Shown here: positions 50,746-63,043 of the stretch, piece by piece | How positions within the stretch are numbered: position 1 is the first letter of the stretch | Layout: the number at the start of each line of letters is the position of its first letter | Assembly: GCF_030028105.1 (NCBI RefSeq) | Contig: NC_092379.1 | Coordinates: 27,335,821 to 27,399,820 of the forward strand | Source: Mobula birostris | Taxonomy: Eukaryota | DNA: 64,000 bases | Reading direction: 5' to 3' | Notes under the pieces: generated by a model | Database searches by the model: none | Told to the model about the DNA's origin: nothing | The model's input: only the letters and a program-made list of their open reading frames with translations | Translations under genes and position numbers: made by a program

Positions 50746-52899
50746 AATATATTGGGAAAAAAATGCGATATTTCCCAGCAGTCAAGCGCAATCCCCCTTC
50801 ATTGACTGACCTAGGAGGTATCAATACATCAAATCCGGCATTGCAGGAGAGGCGGAATAAGATGTGTGTACAGAAAGGAGAGATAGCGATAGCGGGAATG
50901 AAACAATGTAGCACAAACGCCAGAAAGACCCAGTAAGTTCGACAAACGCATTAATGAATAAATACGTCCTGGAAAAAATAACACTTCGGAATTTGGCCAT
51001 AGACAGTCCCGTCCACGGCAGCAGTGGGAGAAGTGTAAGGTACGAGGCCAGAAGTGTCATTCCATAAAAAAAAAAAAACACAAATAAGCTGAAAATCCAC
51101 AAAAGCAACAAGTAGATCCAGGATACCAAGAAAATGGCTGCGCTGAAGGAGTAATTCAGGATATAGGATCCTGCCATGCCGCTGCCAGCTGCCTATGCCC
51201 TGAAACGTAATGAGTTTAATTAAATTAAAAGGTTAATTACCTAAAATATTTTAGATCCAATAAATTGACTGTTTATTTTTTTTAATCTTACCCCAGATGC
51301 CGCTTTCCCTTTCTGACTTTATATCATTTTCACAATACATTAATTCTTCGCTACCTGACTCTTTTTCCCGAAAAAACAATTTGCGTAAATACCGAGAGAA
51401 CATTACATCTTCCTCCCCTAACGACTCGAAAGTATTCCTTTTAAAGATCTTTTTGAAAAAAAAAAAATGATAGTTCTATTTGACAAGGCTCAGCATGGAT
51501 CTTCGTGCTTGCCTGTTCACTTAGGAGTCACGGATTTGCTGGTGTCCATTCAACGTGTCATCAATGAATATCGTCCTGTCAGGAACGCCGAAACTGTATC
51601 AGTTTCTGCGGATGTTTATCAGACGTTCTGCGATCCAAGAGCATGAAATGCAAAAGCTGCGTGTTCCAAATTTCAGATGCAGGAATAAAAGGAGGAGATG
51701 TAGTTTTGTTTAATCCACCCGGTAACTACCCATGCTCTACACATTACAGAGAAAAAAATGCCATCGATTTTCTCACCATTTCAATGTTATTCACCAAACG
51801 CATGGCAATTTTCAACAGTACGTGAACTCATGGTTGAGATTTCTCCAAGGTATGGTTGTTTACTTCCCATTGTCCAATTCTGCTGTTTCAGATTCCTTCC
51901 CTCATCATTCTCAGCCACATTCTCCATTTTATTGCATCGTTGCCCCTGGTAACGTTCCTTCACTCATTTGAAAGCCTGCACTACAGCGCATCTTTCAGGG
52001 TTTTAATTTACCTCTCAAGATATAACTATATAATTATGGATGCAGGGTGAGTGTGTGTTTGCGTTCAACAGATCAGCTGGAATATTCCTTGAAAATAGAA
52101 GGCAATGACAATCAGCACCACAGAGAAACGGGAATGTGTTAGGAACGAGATCGAAACATACACATGTTTCCCTGTGAGAACATCACGATGCATGCGAACA
52201 GACGGATGGTGGAACCGTTGCAGTATAGCACCATCAAATGATTCGGCTTTTTTTTTTTTTTTTTCGGATCGGAGTGTCAACTGTGACTGCTGTACCGGTA
52301 TACTGCATTGAAGTGTTTGTGAATGACAATTCTGGGTTGCCACTATTTCTTGATCATTGGTTGAAAAATAACTTCGATCGTGCGCTCATCTCAACTTGGA
52401 TTTTTGATTTGATATTGCAGATAACACCTACCCCTGGAGATTCTAATGACTTTTGCTTCTCCCCCAGTTCAGATCAGAATTGCAGTTTCACGATAAATTA
52501 CCGTGATTGCATTGAGTTTATAGAGATATTCTTATTTCATAGACCGCCATTTGTCACTTCTTAACACCGTTACATAGTCGAGGCGGAATAGATATTTGTG
52601 CATCGACCGTTCATTTGGTTGCAGTTGGAGAACGAAAACAACAAGCATTGTGCGGAACGTGCTATACCACTCCTTCACATTATATAATTTCTCAGTCAGC
52701 GTTTTTTTTTCTTTTGTTTTGTCATCCTGACAGCTGCCGAGATTGATGAAACGAGAGGACAGAGAGCATTAAAGCTGAATATGATAATTAGAAACAAGAA
52801 ATATTGAAACATGGAATATCTACAGCACATTACAGTCCCTGCGACTCACAATATTAAACTGACTATGTAAAGTATTCTGGAAGCTGCGCAGAATTTCGC

Positions 52900-53220
52900 G
52901 GCCGCATTGTCCTCTATTTCTCATAGTTCCGTGTACCAATCCAAGAGCCTCTTAAAAGACCCTATTGTATCTGCCTCTACTACCTTCGATAGCAGTGCCT
53001 TCCACGCACCCGCGACTCTCTGTGTGTAAAACTTAGCTCTGACATGCCCAACTTCCAAGCTTTCTTAAACCAATGCCCCTGGTGTTAGCCATTTCAGCAC
53101 AGGAAACGAGGCCTGTGGTTATCCTCACGATCAGTGCCTCTCATCATTTTATACGTCTCTATTAGGTCACTTATCATCATCCTTCGCTACAAGGAGAAAA
53201 TGCAAGTTAACTCAACCAAT
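52900..53220 (-). mobile_element. CR1-like LINE 3' fragment
   Basis: CCAATCCAAGAGCCTCTTAAAAGACCCTATTGTATCTGCCTCTAC...CCTCTCATCATTTTATAC is a typical reverse-strand CR1 3' region. Confidence 0.7.
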
Positions 53221-53229
53221 TCTCTTTCT

Positions 53230-56150
53230 TTCTTTTCAAATCTTTGTATTGTATATATAGAAAAAAAATAACATGAGTACATCGAAGTAACAACACTTAC
53301 AATGCCTCAAAACACATCATCTAAAAGATTGAAAACAAAATTTTGTGATAACAAAAAAAAAACAACTACTGAGCAGAAAAGTGAGGGGAAAAAAAAAAAA
53401 AAAAACATTAGGAGTACAACCCTGGAGCCGTGCGTCGTACAAAAAGCTTCTAAAAATAAACATCAAACTGCCAGCAAGAAAAGAAAATATACTAAAAAAT
53501 ACAATTAGATCGTGGAAAAATTATATCAATTAACTCAAATAATAATAACGAGCAAATGAGCCCCATCTTTTCTAAAAATCAAATGAAGGTTCAAAGGTTT
53601 GACTTTTAATTTTCTCCAAGCTAAGACATAGCATCAGTTGAGAGAACTATTGTGACAAAGTGGGAGCTGATGTATCCTTCCACTTCAACAAAATGGCCCT
53701 CCGAGCTATCAATTTAACACTTGTGATGACATGTTGATCAGTCACAGAAATACCATGAATATTTTGAGGAACTATTCCAAAAAGCACAGTTAATTTATCA
53801 GGTTCTAAATTAATTTTAAGTGCTTTAGAAATTGTTCAGAAAACCGACTTCCAGAACTGTTCCAATATAGAACAAGACCAAAACATATGTGTTAGTGTAG
53901 CTATCTCAGTTTTATATCTATCACAATGACTATTAACATTAGGAAAGATTTTAGAAAGTCTCTCCTTTGTCAAATGATAACGATGCACAATTTTAAATTG
54001 AATCAATGAACGGCTAGCACAAATTGAAGAAGAGTTAACCAACTTCAATATCCGCATCCAATCATCCGTCATAAAAGTCAAATTAAGTTCGTTTTCCTAA
54101 TCCTGTTTAATCTTAGACAACGGACGCTGATCCCACTGTAACATTAAATTATAAATTCTTCCAATAAACCCCTTAATCAAAGGATTCATACAAATAATAG
54201 TATCTAACAGGTCAGGCTCCAATATGTAAGGGAAATTACTTAAATATTTTAGTAAAAAATATCTAAGTTGAACGTATTGCAGGGAGTGTGAGTATGAAAG
54301 AGAATATTTATTACTTAATTGTTCAAAGGAAATCAATCTATCGTCTTTAAATAAATCAAAACAAAATAATACCTTTATTTTTCCACAGTAAAAAAAAAAT
54401 GGATCACTCAAAGAAGGCTTAAAAAAAGTAATTTCGGTAAATTAAACTAAAAAGTTTAAATTTTATAAGATTAAAAAAAAATTGCGGAACTGGAGCCAAA
54501 TTTAAGGATTAGGATTTAATCACAGGATATAGGTTTAAATTAACAACTTTGCCTAATTTCATAGGTAAAGGACCCCGCAAGAACGAGGTTAAATAAAACT
54601 GTTTTACAACTTTTAGTTCCAGGTCTACCCAAATTGGCCGATCACTCTTATCAACCCAGTATAACCAAAAAGACATATATCGCAGATTAACAGCCCAATA
54701 ATACATTTTTAAATTAGGCAAAGCAAGACCTCCATCCTTTTTCAATTTTTGTAAATGACATTTACCAATTCTTGGTCTTTTTATTATTCCAAATAAAAGA
54801 TAAGATAATAGAATCAATCCGATCAAAAACCTTCTTAGTCAAAAAAAAACAGGAATATTCTGAAATAAATATAAAAAAATCGGTAGAATCATCATTTTTA
54901 ACTATATGAATACGACCAACAAGTGAAAATGTAACTGTGCTCCATCTACTAAATAAACACTTCATAGAGTCTACTAAGGGAACAAAAAATCGCTTTATAA
55001 AGATCCTTATATTTTTTTTAGTAATTATAATACCACAATATCTATAAGTCTGAAACTTTAAAAGGAGTATTATCATATATAGAAACAGAATCATTTAAAG
55101 GAAACAATTCACTTTTACTAAAATTAATTTTATATCCTGCAAAACCTCCGAATTCATTAAATAATTTTAGTAAGACAGGAATGGATTTGTCAGGGTTTGA
55201 TATATAAATCGAAAAATCATCAGCATAAAAAGAGACCTTATGCATGGTCTCATTCACAAAGATCCCATGGATGTTTTTTTGCCTCAAGAAGAGCAATAGC
55301 AAGGGGTTCTAATATTAAATTAAACAACAAAGGACTTAATGGACAGCCTTGCCTTGTCCGCCGTGAAAGCTGAAAAAAAGGAGACCTATAATTGTTCGTA
55401 ACAACAGTAGCAATAGGGGCTTTATATATCATTTTAATCCAATTATTAAAATTAACACCAAAGCCAAATTTCTCTAAAACATTGAATACATATTTCCATT
55501 CAACTTGGTCGAACGCTTATTCAGCATCCAAAGATAAAACACATTGTGGAATTTTAGAAGAGGATGAATATATAATGTTCAGTAGTCTCCGAACATTTGA
55601 AAATGAATGGCGACCATTTATAAAGCCTGTTTGATCTTTACAAATAATTTTACCCAAAATATTCTCCAACTGATTTGCCATTATCTTTGACAAAATCTTA
55701 GCGTCAACATTCAATAATGAAATAGGTCTATATGAAGCACCGCCAGTAGGATCTTTATCCTTTTTTAAGAATTAAAGAAATAGAGACCTCATAAAAAGTA
55801 GAGGATAAGTCACCTTTCATAAAAGAATCGTTAAACATTTCCAACATATACGGAGAGAACAACTTTCCAATTTTTTAATAAAATTTTACGGGATAGCATC
55901 AAGTCCTAGGGACTTACCAGATTACACTAAAAAAAAAAAAAGATAGCTTTATGAATTTCGGCTTCAGTAATTTGAGCATCGAGAACCTTTTGATCCTCAG
56001 CCGAGATTTCAGGAAAAACAATCTTTCGTAAAAAAAAAAACATTCATTTTAGAGGAATCTAACGGACATTGAGATTTATATAGCTCAGCATAAAAGTCTT
56101 GAAAAATCTTATTAATTTTCTCATATTCCTACGAATTTTCTTGATTTGCC
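53230..56150 (-). mobile_element. L1-clade LINE, 5'-truncated ORF2 (RT to C-terminus) plus 3' UTR, frameshifted
   Basis: NVDAKILSK, DQTGFINGR, SLDAE, RQGCPLSPLLF, SFYADD, GYKINFSKSE, GGLALPNLKMYYWA, HMFWSC. Confidence 0.92.
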
Positions 56151-56234
56151 TTTTGGCTGCAACCATTTTTTTACAGAGATGCAAGCAGTTTATTATTTTT
56201 ATCTCCGGACATATAAAATCCATAGACCCACAGA

Positions 56235-57545
56235 TTCAGAGGTTCAAACGTCCAGTTTAACGTCAGAAAACTGTATACAGAGAACATGGAATAGTACAGC
56301 ACAGTACAGGCCCTTCGGCACACAATCTTGTACCGACCCTTGAACCCTGCCTCCCATATAACCCTCACTTTAATTTCCTCCATATACCTGTCTAGTGGTC
56401 TCTTAAATTTCGCTAGTGTAATTGTCTCCACCAGTTACTTAGGCAGTGCATTCTACGCACCAAGCACTTTTTGGGTAAAAACTTTCTTCTAAAACCCTCC
56501 TTGAACTTCGCACCACTTATATTAAAACCATGTTCTCTTGTATTCATCAGTGGTGCCCTGGGGAAGAGGCGCAAACTGTCCACTCTATCTGTTCCTCTTA
56601 ATGTCTGCAGTACCTCTATCATGTCTCCTCTGATGCTCATTCTCTCCACAGAGTAAACCCCTATCTCTCTTAGCGTCTGATCATAATGCATACTCTCTAA
56701 ACCAGGCAGCATCCTGGTAAATCTCCTCTGTACCCTTTCCAATGCTTCTACATCCTTCTTATATTGAGGCGACCAGAGCTGGAAACAATATGCATCCTGT
56801 AATGCTATTTCTTCGCTAACATCCACGAAAACAGAGGTGTGCCCCAAAGAATGAACGACAAATAAACGCGAGAGCCCCAAATTCCCCCCAGCTCACCCTC
56901 CCCCGTGTAAGTGGCTGCAAATAACGATCCTTCCTCTCACCTCCGGCGGAAAAAAAAACGTACCCATTACCAAGCAGAAGCATTAGCTTGGCGATAGGAA
57001 AGACACAGACTTGTAGTTACCCGAAAGACTTTCTTTTTTCATCGGGCATTCGACAAACTAGAGGCTTTCTCTTTCTCTAATAAGGGAGAAGGAGCCGTCT
57101 CCCATTTTCACAGCGAGCGTGAGACAGAACAACAACCCGTTGGGTTACACTGTTCAATATTCCTTTTCGTAGCGGTTTACGAGCTCTGTGACTGAAGATC
57201 GCAAAGATCTCGGGTCTTCAGGCCCACGGGGAAATATTTTTCTTCCTCCCCTACCACACACGAGGCTCCTGCCGTGACACCAACCCTCCATCCACCCGTC
57301 TCCAGAGTCCTGAGATATTAGGCTTCCAAATACGACCCGGAATTTCAGGCCGAACGCTTGGCGTGCGAACAACAACGACGGTCGAAAAACACCGAGACGG
57401 CTCCCATTCCTGAAAACAGCCAAATTCTGCGTGTAACTCCAAGTCAGCGCCTACAGAAGAATCCAGAATGGTGAAATAAAGATATTAAAGATGGAAAAAA
57501 AGCTGTTTCCGAAGATGCAACAAAGCAGACGCTATTTAGAGCCAT
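56235..57545 (-). mobile_element. Non-coding interspersed repeat (LINE-derived/SINE-like) interrupted by a CR1 fragment
   Basis: Minus strand ATGGCTCTAAATAGCG...GCATCTTCGGAAACAGC...CATTCTTTGGGGCAC...CAGGATG matches a high-copy ray repeat as I recall it; its tail resumes beyond the CR1. Family name unknown. Confidence 0.55.
56280..56790 (-). mobile_element. CR1-like LINE 3' fragment
   Basis: QLWSPQYKKDVEALERVQRRFTRMLPGL...RGDMIEV... is the CR1 ORF2 C-terminus. Confidence 0.88.
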
Positions 57546-58000
57546 CCTAACTACGCCCCCTTCTTCAATTCCAATTTCCTGCGGATTCTATAAAGACACA
57601 ATTGAGTTTGCTCTCTTTACCATGGCCTATTTTAGGCAATGTTATCATCTGCATGTCAGAAGTTATTTATGTACCCCTAAGCCCTGTTTACGGGCTTTCA
57701 AGACATTGTTTGTATCGAGCAAGAACATCGTGTATTTATCGTTCCCAAGGTTTATTAACCCGAGAAAATTGTGAGGTTGGTGATAAAATAAACTCTGTAT
57801 TACCCAATAACCATATCACCAGTGAGGCGATATTTAATACTACTTTCGAAATTCTGATTAAATATGACTTCAAAGTAAGATTATTTGGGCTTATTTCACA
57901 CAAAGTCTACTGCTAATACGCTGTCTCGTTTATCTATTTTTTTCTCTATGTTTGATTTGTGTGTGTTTTTTCTTCTGTTTTTTTTTTTTCTGTTTTGCTT

Positions 58001-58473
58001 TATTCGTGTCCTGTAGCAGCAGCACGCCTATTTGGTATGTTTTGGACGTTTCCAAAAAAGAAACTAGTCTGTCACAAGTAAAGAGTAGGGTAATTTATCT
58101 GCTAAAACCGGTATTACAATACTGACAATGACAAGAAAATGTCCGTGGAACACGTCGTGAACGTAGCCAGACCTTTAGTAAATTAGTGAAGGCTTTGATG
58201 ACTGTATCCAGGTCCACCTGACACTTTGTCATATCCCACATGAGATAACATGTTAACAACTGCAGTGGGCGTTATTCGAAAGTGTTAGATTATAATTAAT
58301 TTTGAACTCGTTAGGGATATTTCAGAGGCGACGTCGTTTCTCAAACATCCGCTGAACGGAATAATGCATTGCTGAATTGAGCGCTACAAGCATGATAATT
58401 CCTGAACTAATCTGGTATTGTCAGTATCGAAGCAGAAATTTGGAGCTTCTGGTGCTCACAAAAATATTGGACT
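58001..58473 (+). pseudogene. TRAV: TCR V pseudogene (decayed leader, intron, 5' half of V exon)
   Basis: Leader remnant YSCPVAAARLFG + GTATGT donor (58001-58040) aligns to YLFLIAAALLIG; exon GYFRGDVVSQ...LLNC (frameshift) ...ELIWYCQYRSRNLELLVLTK; no ATG, FR1 deletion, no convincing FR3 or RSS. Confidence 0.8.
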
Positions 58474-58874
58474 GCGACCGAAAGAAGGTAGTGGTGTGTA
58501 AGCGAATCATTGTGGGCATCTGCTATTTCGGACCATTGTCTTTTTTTTTCCAAACCCTGTACATTTCCTCAGAAAATTTCGGAATTTTAACAAGTTGATC
58601 CATTCACCCTATGCAAACTTCTTCGGAATCTTTGCCAGTACGCACTCGGCCAGAGAACTGCTGCTCACAGATCTTCATACAGCAAAGTGCTGCACAGCAA
58701 TCCCGTTCTTGTTTGTTTTTTTTTTCCACTTCTTATACGACCCTGTCCTCTCGAGGGCGCAGTTCATTCTGTTCGAATAGTCTCCTCGGTCGTGCTGATT
58801 ATTTCTTTAAAAAAAATTGCGATGTTTCCTAACTTATTGGCGGAACGGAGCCCATCTCCGGGTTCCTAATACCC

Positions 58875-59278
58875 TGGTGGTACATAACGTAGCACGTGCA
58901 GAGGTTCGCGATCTTTCTTACCTGCCACCTAAGCGGTCAGAGCTCTGGCTGAATTAGCGCCCAGTCCTGAAGCACCACTCAGAAAGAGATTAAAGACATG
59001 GACGGACCCTCGATTTTTGTTCACTAAGTGTCCGTCAGTAGCATGCCTCTTCCATGGGTCTTATAAATCTGGGAGTTTAAGCATAGAATCCATCAAATTC
59101 TAGAGAGACTGAATAAACGGTGCCTTGGTGCTTGAGTACCTTAAGAGAATATTGTTCAGCTGGATGACGATTCAGTGTCTCGCCGTACGCTTCTTAAATA
59201 AATATCGCAAACACGTATTTCAAAATACGTGTCTCCTGTTTACATATTTGAGCCTCGAAAGTGCTGTCCCATGTGACA
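58875..59278 (+). repeat. Putative 5' LTR of endogenous retrovirus
   Basis: Contains TATAAAT and AATAAA, ends ATGTGACA, followed by PBS-like CGGCGTCATGACAGGG and gag-like sequence; left boundary uncertain and no second LTR in the window. Confidence 0.45.
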
Positions 59279-59339
59279 TTTAGCGGCGTCATGACAGGGT
59301 TCTGAAATTGAGACAGAAGATAAGCATTTTTAGACGGTT

Positions 59340-60994
59340 AAGTAAGAGAGAACACCATTAGGTAAGGGAATACGAGCCTTGCGTGGATAAAGTATCTTGC
59401 GGCATTTGATAGCCTTGCTAACATAAAGTAAGCAAGCAAGTAGATTGGTCAGGTCAGTTAGATTACACCGGGTTTGAAACCGGAAAACACATTATACCCG
59501 TACAGAACAAGTTGAGAATATCCAGGAGAGAGGACAGTAGAGGGAAAGGCTCAGTCTCTTAGTTAGTGGGCAATCATTACAGAATTAAACAACAGCAGTG
59601 ATAAACCGCCATAGGATGTGGAATCTGATATGATAAAGTATCTTGCTACTGCCGCGGCCACCTATTTGAAATGATTGGTGTTGCCATTAATTGGGTCGTC
59701 GCATATGTGTAGCGATATAATTGCTTCAAGCGTTGGAGTATGTAGACGGGAATACGCGTGTGGTCAAGTACGGAATGTGGATGGGCGGACGCTGGGTGCG
59801 GGATCTGGTGTGATCCGCGAGGGGATGTTTTTAACACTGCTTCGGCAGGGGTACAGAAAGAGAAGATCGATATCATTCCTACTTCTACCTTGTTTGAGAT
59901 GTGGGAGGACCTCTGCGAGGAGATGCCAAGCAAGGGTAAAGGAGAGGGTGCATCTTTTGACCCGTCCTCGGGCAGAAGTTCGTCTGATCCAGCGCGAGCT
60001 TCCCTGCCCCAACGTCCAGATTCCATATACCTCAAGTTGGAATAATTCCGAATGGCTGGAGCAAAGGTCCACCAACGTGGCCGTCTACTTTTCTCATTCC
60101 CGATGCTGTGTGGTCTATACTGACTCGGCAGTCGCAGAAGTCATCGTGGTATGGTTGTCTCAGTGGCACGGTAAAACAAAATGGAAACATACCTAGGGAG
60201 CTCTTTTTGAGAACATATCAGCAGCAGAATATTGTTTAACAAATAGATGTACACACTATTAGGGACACCGAGGAGGCCATTCATAACACTGCTGTGGATT
60301 GCACGGTGGAAATTAGAGTGGCCACGTTGTGTTATGAAGATGGGGGCCGCGGTCACCTTGTGGACTGGGCACACAAAAACAGTGGCCTTTTGAGGGTGAT
60401 GGTTCCAGGAAATGCACCTAGGCTGGAGAGGTGAAGTTAAATTACGAGGACGCCCAAACGGCAGCAGCAAATTGCTCGAGCAGGATTGTTAGGAGGGGAA
60501 CAGTAGCCGGTCAGATCTGGGAGAACGATTACATAGGGCCTCTGTCGTTTTAGGCTAAAAATCCCTAGGTGCTCATAGTGGTTGACAAGTAATCTGACGT
60601 TGTTGGTTCAGAGATGTTTGTCTCTCCTGACAAGAACATAAAATAAAAGGTTTACAGCAAATGGGAGTTTCAGTCAGGCAATTGCTCATATCTTACCATA
60701 GTTGATGCCCAGGATTGGGCCGCAGGATCTGGTGTTACCCGAGTGGTTCCCGTGCCAATTCGCCCTCAGGTGGCAGAACTAATGGAACGTATCAATACGT
60801 TGTTAAAACACAAACTGTAACAAATAATTCTGCCTGGCACACAAAAGCCACAAAGGTCACCAAAGAAGGGTAGATCATACAGCGCGGACCGGGGAATACG
60901 TGGTGGGTTGCGTTAACAGGAGAACCGGGAGTAACGTTAACTATTAAACACAATGAATGCGTGTTTGTTGATCCTACATGCAGAATGACTAAGT
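59340..60994 (+). mobile_element. Class III (ERV-L/ERV-S-like) endogenous retrovirus remnant: gag C-terminus, then RNase H and integrase; protease and RT deleted
   Basis: gag-like AGVQKEKIDIIPTSTLFEMWEDL; RNase H SEWLEQR..VAV, VYTDSAVA (60113); IN zinc region VDWAHKNSG (60361-60386); core QIWENDYIGPL (60512-60544), VLIVVDK, QDWAAGSGV, RPQVAELMERINTLLKHKL (60761-60817); C-terminal GNTWWV. Confidence 0.8.
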
Positions 60995-61347
60995 AGTGAA
61001 TGGTGATGTCATGGTCATATTAATGCTCTGTGGTGGTCATTCTTACATCACGTTCCTGTGAAAGACAGAATAATATCCAAACAGGACTAATCTGTCTGAC
61101 TGCTGGCTGTTTTCCGTGAACACTGAACCACGCCGCGGAAGTAATGCCATTAATACCAATCTCGTTTGGTGTAAGGAAAACGACAGTTGGGAGACTTTTT
61201 CCAGCCTCTCGGGATTGGGTATCCTGTTTTCGGGAAAGCAGGGAGGTAGCGGTCTTTTCCAGACAACTTCACCGCACAGAATAATTTCCGTTTAAGGTAC
61301 TTGAGTCTCAATAACGACCAGTGTAGTAAGTGTTTAAGGGACTATGC

Positions 61348-61623
61348 TGGAAAGTCACCAAGTGGTTAAGGCGTCGGTCCAGTGATCTGAAGGTCGTTAA
61401 TTCGACCCTCAGCTGACACAGCGTTTTGTGTACTTGAACAAGGCACTTAACCACACATTGAGCAGCTGTTTCGGCCCTAGTGTCCTTCCCCTGGACCACA
61501 TCGGTGGCGTGTAGCGTGTGCAAATGCCAGTCTTCCATAGAACCTTACCCAGGCCTGCGCCCTAGAAACCTTCCATGGAGCAAATCCCTGTTCTCATGAG
61601 ACTAAAGAATGCCCATAATAAAA
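61348..61623 (+). mobile_element. tRNA-derived SINE
   Basis: A-box-like CACCAAGTGGTTAAGG, B-box-like GTTAATTCGACC, central TTGAACAAGGCACTTAACCAC, LINE-like tail CATGAGACTAAAGAATGCCC. Confidence 0.8.
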
Positions 61624-61629
61624 TGACCT

Positions 61630-63043
61630 TACATATGCTTTCCTCCTCTTTCTATATCGGACACCTCCCTCCCCTTTCTAGATTTCGACAGCTCCCTCCC
61701 TTTTCTAGATCTTTCTGTCCCTATTTCTGGAGACAGCTTATCTACTGATTTCTACTATAAGCCTACTGACTCTCACAGCTATCTGGGGTATTCCTCTTCT
61801 CACCCTGTCTCTTGGAAAAATGCCATCCCCTTCTCGAAATTCCTCTGACTCCGCCGCATCTGCTCTCAGGATGACGCTTTTCATTCCAGGACGGGGGAGC
61901 CGTCCTTTTTCTATTGAAAGGGGCTCCTCTTCCTCCAACAGCAACTCTTCTCTCAAACGCTTCTCCCTCATTTCCCGCACATCTGCTCTCACCCCATCCT
62001 CCTCCTCCCACCCCCACTAGGAATAGGGTTCTCCTGGTCCTCACCTACCACCCCACCAGCCTCCGGGTCTAATTATTATTGTCCGTAACTTCCGCCACCT
62101 CCAACGGGATCCCACCACTAAGCACATCTTCCCCCCCCCTCGCTTTCCGCAGGGATCGCTCCCTACGCGATTCCCAAGTCCATTCGTCCCCCGTCCCCCC
62201 CGCCCACTCATCGCCCTCCTGGCTCTTACCCTTCTAAGCGGATCAAGTACTACACATGCTTTATACTTCCTCCCTTACCACCATTCAGGGCCCCAGACAA
62301 TCCTTCTAGGTGAAGCGGCACCTCACCTGTTAGTCGGTTGGGGTGATATACTGCGTCCGGTGCTCCCGATATGGCCTTCTATATACTGGTGAGACCCGAT
62401 GCAGACTGGGGAATCGTTTTGCTGAACACAGACTGGGGAATCGTTTTGCTGTCCACCAGAAAAAGCAGGATCTCCCAGTGCCCACACATTTTACTTCCAC
62501 ATCCCATTCCCATTCTGATATGTCTATCCACGGCCTCCTCCACTGTAAAGATGAAGCCACACTCAGGTTGGAGGAACAATACCTTATATTCCGTCTTGGT
62601 AGCCTCCAACCTGATGGCATGAACATTGACTTCTCAAACTTCCGCTAATGCCCCACCTCCCCGTCGTCCCCATCCGTTATTTATTTATATACACATATTC
62701 TTTATCTCTCTCTTTCCTTTTTCTCCCTCTGTTCCTCTGACTATACCCCAGAACCATCCCCTGGGGTCTCACCCTTACCCTTTTCCTTCTCCCTGGGTCT
62801 ACTGTCCCATGGTCCTCTCATACCCCTTTTGCCAAACAACTGTCCAGCTCCTGGCTCCAACACTGCCCCTCCTGTCTTCTCCTATCATTTTGGATCTACC
62901 TCTCCCCGTGCCACTTTCAAATCTCTTACTAACTCTTCCTTCAGTTAGTCCTGACGAAGGGTCTAGGCCTGAAAGGTCGACTGTACCTCTTCCTAGAGAT
63001 GCTGCCTCGCCTGCTGCGTCCATTAGCAACTTTGATGTGTGTT
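61630..63043 (+). mobile_element. Penelope-like element, 5'-truncated (RT thumb, GIY-YIG endonuclease, 3' UTR)
   Basis: LPFLDLSV, YYKPTDSHSYL, NAIPFSKFL*LRRICS; ORF 62343..62648 IYCVRCSRYGLLYTGETRCRLGNRFAEH...RLEEQYLIFRLGSLQPDGMN; tail CTGACGAAGGGTCTAGGCCTGAAAGGTCGAC. Confidence 0.9.

Larger units (their letters stand above)
35040..52359 (+). repeat. Tandem segmental duplication, unit 2
   Basis: Starts TCTACAACAAC (cf. TCTACGACAAT at 5978); ends TGATCATTG (cf. 35031-35039); homology is lost beyond 52359. Confidence 0.92.

Noticed and set aside
58640-58705. Possible FR3 end and RSS of the V pseudogene (CACTCGGCCAGA...CACAGAT)
   Set aside because: About 70 nt too far from the Trp codon, no YYC, and no acceptable nonamer at 23 nt.
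61348-61430. tRNA gene
   Set aside because: A and B boxes are degenerate and continue into a SINE body and LINE-like tail; no convincing cloverleaf.
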